DNA of 64,000 nucleotides from Kondoa subrosea (lineage: Eukaryota). Under the pieces are notes generated by a model, which made no database searches, was not told the DNA's origin, and saw only the letters and a list, made by a program, of their open reading frames with translations. Below are positions 40,232 to 54,200 of the stretch, in pieces. Made by a program: the position numbers and the translations under genes. The number at the start of each line of letters is the position of its first letter. The stretch's first letter is position 1. The stretch covers positions 1,348,604-1,412,603 of the forward strand of contig BCIN01000001.1 in assembly GCA_039545335.1 (NCBI GenBank). The letters are read 5' to 3'.

Positions 40232-40321
40232 GATGTGTATTCTTTGTGTGTATTCTCGCTTGTTTACAGTCAAGAAGTGCTTGAATTTAATTTTTGGTCA
40301 AGGCAAGGTCGAACTTCAACC

Positions 40322-41782
40322 ATGAAGCTTACTTTGATCGTCTTGGGTCTTGTTGGATTGGTCAGCGCTGGATTGGAGCATGCAAAGTATTCTACAGTCC
40401 TAGCGGCCAACAACTTTGATAGCAAGGTTCACTTCTGTGCAACACGTCACTTGTATTCGTGCTGATTCATCTGAGTATAGCTGCAAGAGCCTGGTAAGCG
40501 TGTCGCACATATAGAAGAGTCTATCATTGATGCATAGCGCTGTAGAGGTCGGCAGCTTGGTAGCTTTCTTCGGTCAGTCATGCTAGGTCTTTGCTTCCTG
40601 GGAAGCTTCTTGACTTTCATTTCGATTGACAGCTCCATGTACGTCATATCGTTGCAGCGATTATGCCGCTTCTGAATTATTGGGCTGCAGGGTGCGGCGT
40701 GAGTTTCCACCCTCAATCATGTCTAAGTACGCGCTCAACTTCTTCGCACAGCATTGCAAGTCTCTCGAAAAGACATGGACAGCCATTGGAAAGAGTACGC
40801 TCTTCGTATTCTTCTATGGTCATTGCACTGACCGAATTGTAGCATTCGAACACGAGTCGAAGGTTCGCACGAACATGGCTCTTATCAGTCTTGACTGATA
40901 ATGCTATTGCTATCGGTCGAACAGTGCAATATCGGTCATCTGGATGCTGATAACGCCGCCAACAAACCTATCGCCTCGAGATATGGCGTTACGTATGTTC
41001 GAATGGTTGGTTTCGCATAATACATGCTGATCCATATCCGGTTAACATACAGTGGATTTCCCACAATCAAGGTATACCTCTTCTCCATCAATCGGCACAC
41101 TAATAAAATGCGCTGTACTAGTTCCTTCCCTCAGGCGGTAAACCAGCGTAGGCCAATCTCGAGTGCATATCAGTCTCCGGCTGATCCACATGCGCAATTG
41201 AACTACAGCATCGATTATTCTGGTCCTCGAACCGAAGAAGCTTTCATCTCTTTCCTCAATACAAATTGCGGAACTCATCGAGTAGCTGGAGGTTCTCTAT
41301 CACCTACCGTTCGTCTTTGTCCTTGCCAATTCAGGTTATCCCTGATTTCAGAGGGATCAATTTGAACAGGCAGGAAGATTAGCTCAATTAGATGAAATCG
41401 CTTCCGCCTATTTACCAGCTTCTTTAACCGAACGTACCGATCTCCTACAAAAAGCCAAAGATTTAGCTCTTACTTTAGGAGGACCGGCTACTGCTGTTTA
41501 TGTCAAGATTTTTGAGAAACTAGCAGATAACGAAGGGTATTTGGTTAAAGAAAGTGAAAGGATTAAGAAATTGTTGGAGAAAAGAGCAACGTTGGCTAAT
41601 CAGAAAGTGGATGAACTCATGATCAAGCAGAATAGTAAGCCTTTTCACCATCCATTAGTATGTGAGTATTGACGATTCGATCAGTTCTTAATGCTTTCCA
41701 AGCGGTTAAAGATGGAGCGAAAGATGCTGGAGCAAAAGCTGAGCAATTAGTCAATCAAGCAAAAGCAAAGGTCGATCTCTAG
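40322..41782 (+). CDS. ER protein disulfide isomerase (one thioredoxin domain plus ERp29-like helical C-domain; ERp38/TigA-like)
   Basis: Signal peptide, FFAPWCGHCK (spliced), GFPTIK, YSGPRTEEAFISFLN, YLVKESERIKKLL, C-terminal KVDL. Confidence 0.88.
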
Positions 41783-41989
41783 GTGTGTGTGTTATACTTG
41801 TTACTGCCTCGATTGAGCTCAAGTCTGTCAAGTGAATTTCAGACGTCTAGGTGTTTCAACTCTGTCCTTGCAAAGCATTCCTATTGTCTTGCTTGTTGTC
41901 ACTCGTACTATCTCATTTGGTCCTCTTGCTGTTTCGATCAGAGCATTCTGCTATCTCTCAAGACTTAGTAATCTTCTCCACCCGCATCG

Positions 41990-42760
41990 ACGCATTCACC
42001 ATCAACGCTATCAGCGTGGCTTGGAGGGCAAAATTGGCTCGAAAGCAAATTGTGCCTCGATCAGCCGCGAACGCATGAATGCGTTTTTGTCGCATTTGTC
42101 TCAATATCTTCCGCTACCTCAATCTTCTCAAGCCCTCGGAACGCGATTAGCCTTGGCTCTTGTCGTATTCAATCGAATCACGTTTGCCCAATTTCAGTCC
42201 AATCAGTCCAAATGCAATTCGGTACCTGCTAGCCATCGAAGCAGCTCCTATGTGGCCAGAGTCGAACGAGCTGCATTCTGTGTTGCTTCTTCCTTCTTCT
42301 TCACTCACCAGGTTCCTCCTTTCTCAATTTCCTCATACTCTTTCGCCGTCTTGTGCTCAGATTCTAGTCTTGGTCGGAAACTTCCAGGCTACGCTCTTGA
42401 CAACCCATTCTCATCCATCGCCCTAGCTAGAGAAGATGATTGGGTTGAGCTGTAGTTTGAGTTGTCTTCCCACAACCCCTCGGACCCTGTCTCGACCGGA
42501 CTTCCATGGTCTTGAATTTGCTTTCAAGTGCTTGGTTGAATCCTCCATCAGCTGCTTTCTTACGAAATGCGTGTTACGATGGATAGCTGTCAGGCGGTGA
42601 AAGGCTAGAATTGGCACAGACCGAACAAATATCCACCACTTACTTTCTAATCGGCTGATCCTTGTCTTGTTTATAGATTCAATTTGGAGTGTCTCCTTCA
42701 TGAACTGGAACTCTTTGCAGCAAGAGCTAGCGGGCCAGCGGAAATGTACTATAGCTTCGT
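41990..42760 (+). pseudogene. Copy C (partial, more diverged) of the same decayed family
   Basis: 42181 cgtttgcccaatttcagtccaatcagtccaaatgcaattcggtacctgc matches 33014 cgtttgccagtttcagtccactcagtccaaatgcaatttagtgcctgc; gatagctgtcaggc shared at ~42582/~33517. Confidence 0.8.
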
Positions 42761-43140
42761 ACATTTGTATGATGTATAAGATTGGGAATGCATTGAATCT
42801 TGTACGAATCTGATTGACTCTTCGATTTCTCTGCTTCTCTTTGTCTCTAGTCAGTTCACGACTCTCTTTCTCTCATTCCACTTGCATTCTCAGATCAGCA
42901 GCATTTGAGGTACATCCTCCCGAATCGCGAACTCTCGAATTTCGGGAACGAATAATATCAGCGAACACAATGCAGGTCGAGGCGGATTCAGAAGCAATGA
43001 AAGCGTAAAGACTTATAATACTATTTCGATCAACGAAAGACAATTACAAAATCTATGTGTTAACTAAAGGTAAGAGACTACTATTCACACAAAGCGCATA
43101 CACCATCGTTACAACTTTCCTTCTTCCAGACTGAGCTGTT

Positions 43141-44876
43141 CTAGAAGTCCGCATCCAGTGAGAAAGCATGAGCATCTCCTCCAGATTTGTCTTCTAAGTT
43201 TTCGTGTTTCACTCCAGCCTTTGCATACTATCAAGAAGCATAGACATGAGCAGCGGAGCGACTAGGGGAGCTCGTAACATACGTCAGAAACTTTTTTCTC
43301 GAAGAAATTTGTCTTGCCCGAGAGTGAAATGAGTTCCCTAAACAATCGAACAAGTCAGCCAAAAAAATTTGATAGAAGACAGAAAACTCACATGAAGTCA
43401 AAGGGGTTCTTGACATTGTAAGCCTTTGGCGACCCGAGAGCAACAAGTAGGCGATCAGCGACGAATTCCTGTCATTAATTGCATTCAGCGCCGGTTCAAA
43501 TGGGCATCAAAAAATTACAAACAATGTAAGTCTTCATCAGACCAGCATTCATCCCGATGAGGGAAACAGGCAAGGCATCAGTCAAGAATTCTTGTTCAAT
43601 GGTAACAGCTTCAGTGATGATCTTCTTTACTGTATCCGGATGAGGTCGTCTTTGCAGATGGGTGAAAAGCAGGCAGGCGAAATCGGTATGTAGACCCTCG
43701 TCTCTTGAGATGAGTTCGTTGGAGAAGGTGAGACCAGGCATTAGACCTCGTTTCTTGAGCCAAAAGATAGAAGCGAAAGAACCAGAAAAGAAGATACCCT
43801 CAACTGCAGCGAAAGCAACTAAGCGTTCACCGAAAGTTGATTCATCGTCGCTGATCCAGTTGAGTGCCCAGTCTGCTTTCTTACGGATACATGGTATCGT
43901 ATCCATCGAATTAAACAGATGATCGCGCTTGATTGGGTCGCGAACATAAGTATCGATGAGGAGAGAGTAGACTTCAGAGTGAATGTTCTCCATCATGATC
44001 TGCAAAGGACATGTCGCATAAGCAACACAGTCTTTCGTAGATGTAACGATGTTGAACTAACTTGGAAACCGTAGAAGCATCTGGCTTCAGCAGCTTGTAC
44101 TTCATTTGAGAACCGCTCGAGCAGGTTCTCGTTGACGATACCATCTGAAGCAGCGAAGAAAGCAAGGACGTGGGAGATGAAGTGCTGTAAGTTCAGGGCC
44201 CACCCAGTTAGCCCATGTACAGAGCGATGTAGAAAGCTGAACTTACGCGTTCATTATCGTTGAGCTTGTTCTCCCAATCGTGCATATCCTTTGACAGATC
44301 CATTTCCTCAGCAGTCCAGAAGGAAGCTTCAGCTTTTCTGTCAATCGAGTTTGCCAACCGTCAATGTTTGGCCTAATTTCTGTCAAGCGTATAGACTCAC
44401 TTGTACGCTTGCCAAATAGCATGGTACTTGATTGGGAAGAGGACGAATCGGTTGCCAGACTCCTTGAGCAGCGGCTCTGGTTTTCGATAGCAATATCAGA
44501 CATTTGCAATCGTTGAGCAATAGAACGAATGGCTGACCATCTTTATCCGACTTGATAGTTTCTAGATCTGCATGCAAACATATCAATACACCTGTCATCA
44601 TATCAGGGTACGAAACTGGGACTGACCACCAACATATTTCCTCTGAAAAGTTCCCCAAGTTTTTGGGTTCTTCTTTGCTACTGCATTGGTAGGAGTCAAG
44701 TCCAGCTTGGTTGCTACAGGTGCTGCATCAAAAGAAGAGAGGTCCACTTTCTCAACTGAAGATCGTAAGAAATCGATCATTCAATTAGAAAACGCGTCGT
44801 TTAAGGGCAAGATGGCAGAAAACTTACTGGATCTGGCTACTGCTTTGGAAGGAGTTTCGTTCAATACTGGTGCCAT
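43141..44876 (-). CDS. RNR2: Ribonucleoside-diphosphate reductase small subunit
   Basis: [73 protein letters not shown], ends FSLDADF*. Confidence 0.98.
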
Positions 44877-45276
44877 TGTTGTGTAGTGTAGGGTTATTAG
44901 AGATGCAAAAGAAGCGCGTAGCTATGTGTGTGTCGATTGGGGAATGATTTAGGAAGAGTGCCGCGAAGAGTAAAGTCAACTGAGAGTAACTTGGTTGAGA
45001 AGCGAGAGAGACAGAGAAAGAATGTGAGCGCGACTTTGATGTAGATTGAGAAGAAAGGAGAAGAATTCAGAAAAGGCCAGAAGGACGTCGGTTTGGGCGC
45101 GTCACGTCAAAAAGCGAAAAACAACAGTAATTTAACGACAATCTCTTTAAACTCCGTTGCCCTGCTGACTCCATCTCAAGGCTCATTGGCTGAATATTGG
45201 ACAGTGCTCGTTCATTGGCTGATGAAATGAAAAATGCTTATGGTACAATCCGGAAATATGTACATGCGTGCAACAA

Positions 45277-48200
45277 CTATACTCTACTTGACACTTTACC
45301 TGTGACATCACGCGTCAGCTTACTTCTTAATCATAGGTAATGCTTGTACTCACCCAAAACTAAACGCGACTTTTGTTCTGCTTCGGTATCATTAACTTCA
45401 TCTCTTGAATTATTATGGTGATGTAGTACATTATTAGCTGCTTTTCTCAATGCTTTGAAAGGATTCTTCTTCAATGAGGTAGCAGAAGAAGGTGGGGAAG
45501 AGGGGGATTGAGGTGATTGAGGTGAATTGGAGTTTGAATAATCCGGTGACGATGGATTCCATGGACTTTGACTCGTTTGAGGTGTTGCGTTTTGTAATGT
45601 GATTCGAGGCATTCCTTCTGCTGCTAAGCCATCATCTTCATTCACTTCAGCAAATCTCCCATCGTCGGATGACTGTTTTAAGAATCATACTTGAGATAAA
45701 ATGAAGTGTCTGAGTCGCAAATGAAAGCCTCACATTGGAGATGTTCTCTGGACTATCTGCTGTATCTTGACTGGCATATCTAGAAGATTGTACATAGGGT
45801 GGATCCCTCTTATCGATTTTTGGTGGAGGCTGTTTATCTAACTCAGTAACTGATATTCCAGTATGAAGAGACAAAAGACGTACATGAGTCCGCACGGAGG
45901 AAGTATCACTAGTACGAGACACCTCGCGTGCCAGAGGACTCTTTTCTGTTTCTTCAATAACCGCGTCGGCAGTTTTGCTAGTATTGCTATTGCTGCCACC
46001 AAACTTTAGTAGACCTTTGGGATGCTGTAAGCGTTGCACATGACTGCGAGCAAAGTTCTTTGGGTTTCGAGCTGTGGTCAAGACTTGACTGATAAGACTA
46101 CCACCCTGTATCGACATCAAGAAATTGTCAGAACACCGAAGCCATTGCAGGCGCCGGCTCAACTGACCTGGCGGATAAGAGACATTTTAAGATCTATAGC
46201 ACAAGCATACATCAGCATTTGCAGCTGTTGAGGGTATAGTGAGGAAGCACCTTTCTTCGCAGCTTGCCAGAGATCCCAATATGACCATGTCTGATGAGCA
46301 TACGTGAAAGTAGGTGTTCGATAAACCAAGCCATATACGTCTTTGAAGCTACTGTCGCCTAGGGCCTGCAAGAAAACGATCAGATAGGCAACCAATTACC
46401 TGAGGCGCTGACCATACTTTGTGAGATAGACATATCACTGTAGGTGAGAAGTTGACATGGACAAAGGTGCGATTCGCTTTAGCACGTTCCTTCATTTCGT
46501 CGACATCGAGATCATCATCTTCAATCAGTGGATCGCGACTGAAGCGATGCATCGATCTACTGGATTGGCCATGATTGCCACTGAGGTAAGATAGAACAGA
46601 GTTAGAAGTGGTCATCGGAGGTCGGCGAAGGAAAACGCTGCTGCGCCTTGAAGGTGTATCACTGACTCCACTGCTGTAAGTGGATAGTGACTCTTGTGAT
46701 CGAGAAGCAGCCTTCAGATACATGCCAGGGTGTAGAGATGATCGACTCGAAGCATTCGATTTCTCTGTGATCTTTTTCGTCTTCTTCTTCTTGCTGCCGC
46801 GACCAAAGGGCAATGCAAGTTTCCCGCCACCCTCTCCATCCGCTCGGCCTGCCATGCTACCGAAGATGTAACTGATGATGGTTTCGCCAACTTGAGCTTC
46901 CAGTTGAAGAAAGACTGGATGCAGGTGCAATTCAAGATGTTCCACGATAGCAATTCCACCCACAGGAGGCAGGACGGACCAAGTTGAGCAGAGAAAGATG
47001 TCGCGCCGAGTTAGCTCATGATCAGGGGCACCTTGGTATTTGGTGATGATTTCGGTGAAGAGCGGATCAGGTGCACTATTGAGAGCTTGCAGGTCTTTGA
47101 CAACCACTGCGTTTGAGGTACTACCGTCGGCCTTGTTCTGCCAATCGAAGTTGACACCAACAACGGCCAATTTGACTATTGGTTTGTCATCATTTGATGT
47201 CATGTTCCATATCAATTCATGCGCAGTGGCGCCGAAACGAATACCCAAAGAGCCGCCCTTTTGACTGTCGGATTCGGTATTGCGTTGTTGCGTCTGCCTG
47301 ATGCCTTCGACTTCCAAGAGCAATTGCTGTGATTCATGCAACATTGAAGCTTGATGATAAAAGTAATCTTCCCTTTCGATCGGGTCCATAATGTCAAGAT
47401 CGCGCTCATGCTTGCGTACGGTTGCTAACAGTCCACGTATACGGTGCTGGTATTCATCTACGATTTCAGCTCGGCGTGCAAGATCTGAAAAATCATTGAG
47501 TAGCAATGCCGCTTCCAAACGGTCAGACTTGTGCTTTTGAGCCGAATCCGTATGCAGCAAGAGATCCGTCACCAAAGTAAAAAAGGCATTGTACTGCTTG
47601 GGATTGGCGGTCACAGACAGTTTGCCAACAGCCACAGAGGCATGGTCAACGGCCAGTCGGATATGTTCACTGATGCTTGTGTCGTCCCTTCGATTTTCAC
47701 TACTATCTCTTCCTCCAGTACTTCCAATACGCAGCTTGTTGAATCTATCATATCGGACCATAGCGACTGTAGAAGGGCTGATGCGATCGAAATCGTAAGG
47801 ATCCACGTTCTCGTTCAGTAAGACTTCGTATGGCACAACACTACCGCGACCGGCAATTGATGTTGCTCCAAAAGAATCGTTCGAGTGAGGGTAGAAGAGC
47901 TGGAGACCTTTGAGTTCCCCGTAATTTCTGTGCATTACCAAAGAATTGACTGGATCATCCTTTAGTGTTTCATCCACGACAGAAAAAGTCTTGAGAGTGG
48001 CCAATAAAGTACTTATAATCATTTCGGCCTCAGGATTACTTTCGCTGCGAAGCGCAAATTGCGGCACAAGCAGTATACACAGGAAGGTGTTGTTCAGAGT
48101 ATAGTTCTCTGGTAGATCTGCTGCTGCATCCTCAATGGGATCCACTTGGCTGGATTGTGTCTCTTCCTGGACGCCTTTGTGCGGAAGTGTACTTTTCGTC

Positions 48201-51200
48201 GCCCATGCAAGCACGGGTTCTTGAGCATCATCAGCCAGGTCGTTGAGCATCTTACACCATCCTGGCGCATCCGATGTCCTCTCCTCCGGATCCTTGAGAG
48301 TTGTTACAGTTGATTTGCGACCTTTAGCTTTAGGCCTCTTCACGAGCTTCTGAGTACGATGGTGATGTATATGATGCTGCATCGGTTCTGCTTGCTTCTC
48401 CATCTGGGCGGCAGCAAGGTCCCTGATGAATTTGATGGCTTGCGCTGACATTTGATCTGAGCAATCTGGTCAGCTCTACTCAAATCAGATCGAAAAGTAC
48501 TCACAAGCTTCAGCTTTTCTCGATCGATTGCTGTAATAGTACTTGAGTAGGATATCCCTTGACGAGTTGCTGACTTGAATTTCAGGATTATGCATCATCA
48601 ATCTATTGGTCCAATGTCCGACGTCTTCGTGCAAAGCGTTGTCGAGCATCGGCAGGTGATAGCCGTATTCTTGTGTTCGTCTTGCAAACTTCTCTTCAGC
48701 CTTCTTTCGTGTTCCCTTAGTGCCGCTGTGTCTCGCGTCGCGCAACTCTTGAGCCAAATTCAGTAATACTTCCAATGCAGTGATGCGTTGCTGAAGTTCC
48801 TGCTCTCTCGTCTGCGCATTTCGAGTACCAACCTATCTACAAGTCAGTTGAAGTTAATTGAGATCGAGGTACACCTACGACGTGCAGTTCATCTCTTTCT
48901 TCTCGACTCAGACCATTCAAGATTTCGCGTAAGCGCATCAAGCGTCGTTTGCATGCCTCTCTCTGCACTTTGAGGTAATCTAGTAGGCTCTCTCAGCCGA
49001 TTATACACAAAATCACTACAGATGTGCCATACCAGGAGCCTGACCCATCAGGCAGAAGTGACTTTTTTCATCGCCAAACTTTGATCTTGTGATACCTTTC
49101 CCTTCAGGTGCTTGAGCTTCTGCATCTTCACCATCCGGCCGGACCACAGCATCTTGTTTGTTAGGTTGGCGATAGTAGACAAGTTGAGGACATGTGAGAA
49201 CCGGTACTACTCGGATTTGAGGGTTCAGATCCGAGTAAGCAGGGCCAAGATCCCGGAAGTCATCGAGGTCAACCCAATTCTCCTGTTCTTCAGTCAGCGG
49301 AGGTACTCTTGGCTTCAGTTCAAGATCGTCTTCTGTCGGTTCAGTATCAGGGTCGACCTTGTCAGCCACATGCATCTTTTCCTTATCATCAAAGACCGCT
49401 GATAGAGCTCTGAGATCGACACCATCACACTGAATCTCGGCGGTGTAGAAGTTTTTGTGCATAGCGGTCTTTGTGTCTCCTATTTGAGGACGAAGAACCA
49501 GTTCTTCCTCCTCTCGTTGATGTAGATCGACTTTAATAGAATCGACTCTGCCTTTCATAGCAACAACATGTGTAAGACCTCGGTGCCAATCTTGGACCGC
49601 CTCCTGTCTGTAACTATGACATAAGGTGATTGGTGCCAAGTCACAGCGATACTTGATTGTTGCAGTGTGCCGCCCAAATTTAGGCGAACTACCCTGTCCT
49701 CCAGGAGCATCGGGAAACAGATCACCTTGACGAATCGGTAAAGACATTGCGCTGTTGAAAAGCGACCACCAGCGCCAGAAGTGAGCGGTGAGCATAGGAG
49801 CCAGGTGAAAGCTGTTTGTTGCGTCGGGCATGTACTTTGTTTGGTCTGGAAGAGGTGAAGTGACAGAAATGGAGAAATGAATGAAGTTTGAGCGAAATTC
49901 GTGAAAAGAATCGATGGGCTAAAGTGATACAATTAGAGCAGCACAGATGGAATCGATCATCTACATACCCTAGGTTCATCCTCGCTAGGCATACTGATGG
50001 TCTTGACTTTGTGGTGCGGAATGAAATCAAAGAAACGACATATACGATGGAAAGGCGATCCAGTACAGGTCTTCATCTGTTTGCAATTGTCGTCTGTGCA
50101 GGTTCGTTCTAATTTGAAGCCCATGCCCCACCGCACGCCATTCACTAATTTGAACATGATTTTGGAGAAAGTAGCATCCTTTGATGTTCCGAAACCGTTT
50201 TGTTGCACTGTCGAACGATCATCGTCTGGACCATCAACCTTTTTTGAGCCAATAGCTGCGAAATCAGCGTATTCGGCCAGATCAGGAACGCCCAATATAT
50301 ATCCATCGCTAATGATTTGAATCAATTCGCGATCTTTATTCTGTAGACCGATGTTGATTTGGACATTGTTCCGCCAACACTTCACGAAGCCAGCTCCGTG
50401 TCCATCCAGCAGATATGGGTCTCGGCTTCCTTTGAGATTGATGTGAAGGTCGCCGTGAGGCTGTAACAGGAACTGAATGTGGCCATGTGCTAGAAGGCGA
50501 AGTTTATCCCAGAAGCCGATACGATCAGATGGATCTTCAGAAGGCTTGCTAAGCCCTTCCAGTGTCCTGGCAAGATCCTGAATGGCTGGCTGGACCGACT
50601 GACCCCAGCCGAAGCGAACAGGCCAAGCAGAACCAATTCGTACCAGCGGTCGCCCATACACTTTAGTCGGCATGGCGGATCGCAAAATAGTCAGATTGAA
50701 TGGCGCGGTAGTGTGCAGTCGGCCTGATCGAGGAATGATCTCGCAGGGTATATGTCGAATAGACTTCGGTTCAGGCATTTCTTCAGCCACAACAAAGATA
50801 GAATCAGTGTGCCAAGCTGTAATATCTGTCCGACCTTGCTGTACAGGTGGTACATGTAAAAGTGGTAATGGATAATCGCGCAACCTGATCTTGAATTCAG
50901 ACATGGTCCATTTCAGCTGAACAGGTATCAAGAGAGAGAATTTGGTTTCGTGCGGAAGCTGACCAATGTCAGACAAAAAGTCGCGTAGCTGCATGTCAGA
51001 CATGTCGGGAGGTTTGATATGCATACTCAGGTCGGCCATAGTAGCTCGCATGAGAGGACGCTCTTGAACATGCGAGCGCAAGCGAATAGGAAGTTCGTCA
51101 GCTGTGCGTTGTACGGTAATGCGACCACTCAGTCGACGCAGCAACGCTTCTTCACGCCGACCTTGCTCATCCTTGGCTTTGTCAATGCGTCTTATCCATG

Positions 51201-54200
51201 CACTGGAATTGAATGCATGGAAGCGCTCGCGAGCTGTTTCAACAGATACACTTGACGCAGTAGATAGACCGTTGTTCGCCGATTTTGCATGATGCTGACT
51301 AGGACTGAAGTTATCCTGGTTGAGAAGAGATACTTTCGCTTGGAAGACATCATCTCTAGCCATTCTGGCTTGCTGCTCATCGATACCAACTCGCCGCAAA
51401 ATATTCAATCGAGTTTCGAATGGATCGTCCTGAGCGTCGATGATCAAGAGCTTTAGATTGAGCTGGATCTCAGGCAGAATCTTGGCTTTCTCCGGTGCCG
51501 GGGTTAGAATTGAGTCTTGTCCGCCATGGATGAATTGATGGTTCAATTGCTTTACACCTTTGACGAGTGATATCAAATTGTCGGTTATATTGGAGAGGGG
51601 AAACTTGTAAGGAAGACGTAGTCTAGCAGTATCGCCTGTGAGACGAAGAAAGATTTTCGAGCTACCATCGTCCTGAAGTTTCTTGCTCGGCCGCACCACC
51701 CAATGCTGTAGATTCAGCACTTCTTCCCATTGATCATGCAGAAGTGGGCTCGGAACCGCTCCGAGAAGAGTATCGATTACGAATTGAGGCGAACTTTTCC
51801 CATCCGCTTTCATTTCTATGCGTTTGAGATAGATGAAGACCCGAACTTGATGTGGAAGATGAATATTGAGATGTGAGTTAGAAACCTCCATGCAAATGTC
51901 GAATTTGGGGACTGCGGTGATTTGGTTCTTGACTTTGCTTGATTCTGAATTTGGTTTGGGTGATTGCATCTTCCTGAAAACTCCTTGAATTGTTGAAATG
52001 GCAACAAAGCAGCAGTATATATGGAAGAGATCGATAGAAGCCTTGACTTTGGTCACTACCGATTTCACAATGATGGATGTGCCCGTTCGAAGCAGAAGTG
52101 GACTCTGCAAGGATGCTTCGGTTGTTGGCCAAAAGGAGATACGACATATTGATCCCGTCAAAGCTAAAACGGCCTGACGCTTGAAAGGCTTTGTCGATGT
52201 ACCTTCTGAGCGCATCTTGCTTGGACTTGTAGTTGCATTTCCGATATGCTCGGTGCGCCCTCTGAATTCCCATTCAACCTTTGAAGCAAGAGATTCAAGC
52301 GAGTCCTTTGTCGCCGGCGTGCTATACATGTGAGTTTTGCGATCGAAAACAGCTGCATTGACGATTGGATCTAGTCGGAATTGACCAACAGACGCTTTGC
52401 CTGTTATTATTCGTTCCTTCTGTTGACCCACGAGTTGCGCGTGAGCTTGACTTCTTATATCTTCATTCAGCCGCAAAGCATCGCGGTTGAGATCAACGAT
52501 TGTGCCACTATGTGCCTCAATGGCAGAGAAGTATTCAAGGGTGAGATGACTAGCTGCAATATATAGTCCACGAGATATATGTGGATCGTATTTGGGATCT
52601 GGTCCGGCAACCAGGAGTCGGAGCTCTTGGAGTGTCGCGCGAATGAGCAAGTTGGTCGGAAAGCTGAACGGACGCTTCGACCCTGTCTTGACCTTGCTAC
52701 TTGATGCGGGCAGTATGCTTCTGAGATTGGCTGCTTGTACCTGTATGGCTTGTATGACATTGAAGCATTTGGTTTGCCACAGATGAACTTCTATATTTTC
52801 GCTAAAGGCTTCTATTTCGCCTCCTGCTTCAGTGAGCTGGAGTTGAAGCAGACGACCATGTTCTCGAATCGGAATGCTTAAATCAACCTTGCTATTGAGC
52901 ATACCAAATGTAATAAACTGGTGTCGGACATGCGAGGCTTCTGCATCTGTTTGGCCATCACGAGATAATATCGAGACACCAGCACTCGACTCGGTTGTCA
53001 AATTGATTCGACATTGATATGTACCGCTGTGATGTCTCGCATTGAGTGGAATTGGCGACCTGATGGCTTGATTTCCTTGTTTAAGAAAGGGGCATTCCTC
53101 TGCATCGTATGCTTGCGTGGTGATTCTGGAAGGGCTCGAAGGATTCTTGATAAGAGCAGTGAGCTTGGGAGTCATATCGAACGCGTCCCGAAGTACTTGC
53201 GGAACTTGAGATGAGTCAGATCTATAGTGCTTCTTGACTTCTCGTTTATGCTGATCAGAGCGCTGCAGAATGACAGGCTTATTCGAACCTGAGCAAGCGA
53301 AATGTATAGCAGGAACATTTAAGCATAAGAGATCTTCGGCACTCCACGAGTCATCGGTATCTGAGCTGCTTTCCTCGCCTGCAGGTAGTTTTACTTCCCG
53401 CTTGACTTTTGGGCCTCTCAGTCTTACAGCCAAGCTTTCGAAAGTTAGACCAGCAACCAGTGTAGGTAGAGTCCTGACCACTTTTAGCGGTGCTGAATGG
53501 GCGGCAGAAGATGGCGCAGTTTTGCGACGAGGTAAGAGAGCACATATGCGAACCAACTGTTCTACTCGGTCGCTTTCCAGCTCAAGACGTAGGCTCCCGA
53601 TCAGAGCATCAACAACGACCTGCGGTTCGCAAAGTAATGCTTTGTCCTGACGATTAAGCCACTCTGGTATATTTTCTGGAGTCCAAGTAGATGTCATGTG
53701 AAGGTGAGAGGCGCCCATAGAGAAAGCATGAGGCTTGATCTCTTCTGCAAAGCCGAAACATGAGTTTTATTTAGAAGCAACCACAAATACACACCAGAGT
53801 CGTTCTCAAACTGAAGTTCAGACTTCCAACCTTCCCATGCGACCATGACAGATCCAGCTAGAGGAACGTGACAGCCAATGAATTCCTTGTGACCACGGAA
53901 CGGTGCGCTTTCTACATGTTTCGAAGCCTTGTCGAAGTGACCACCTAGCAAGATTGTTGTTTTAAAGGCTTGTAAAGTAGAAGAAACGAGGTAGCTTCCT
54001 TGTGAATGCGCTGGTTGAGCATAATGGACAGTCAGGTCCGGTAATTCGACCCGAAGACATCGTAGAGATGCCAGTAACATGATGCTTTTAGAACGAGACG
54101 AATGATCAGATGGCGCGGCACCGTTCTGAGCAGATTGGAGCTCCCCAGCCCCGTGTTTCAAACCGATAGTCGTTCGAATTTCGCTGATGAGGTGTAGGAT

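Noticed and set aside
45310..45315. ACGCGT (MCB-like element) upstream of RNR2
   Set aside because: It overlaps the branch-point (ctgac) region of the last FMP27 intron, and a single hexamer is weak evidence. CGCG cores nearer RNR2 are suggestive but unproven.
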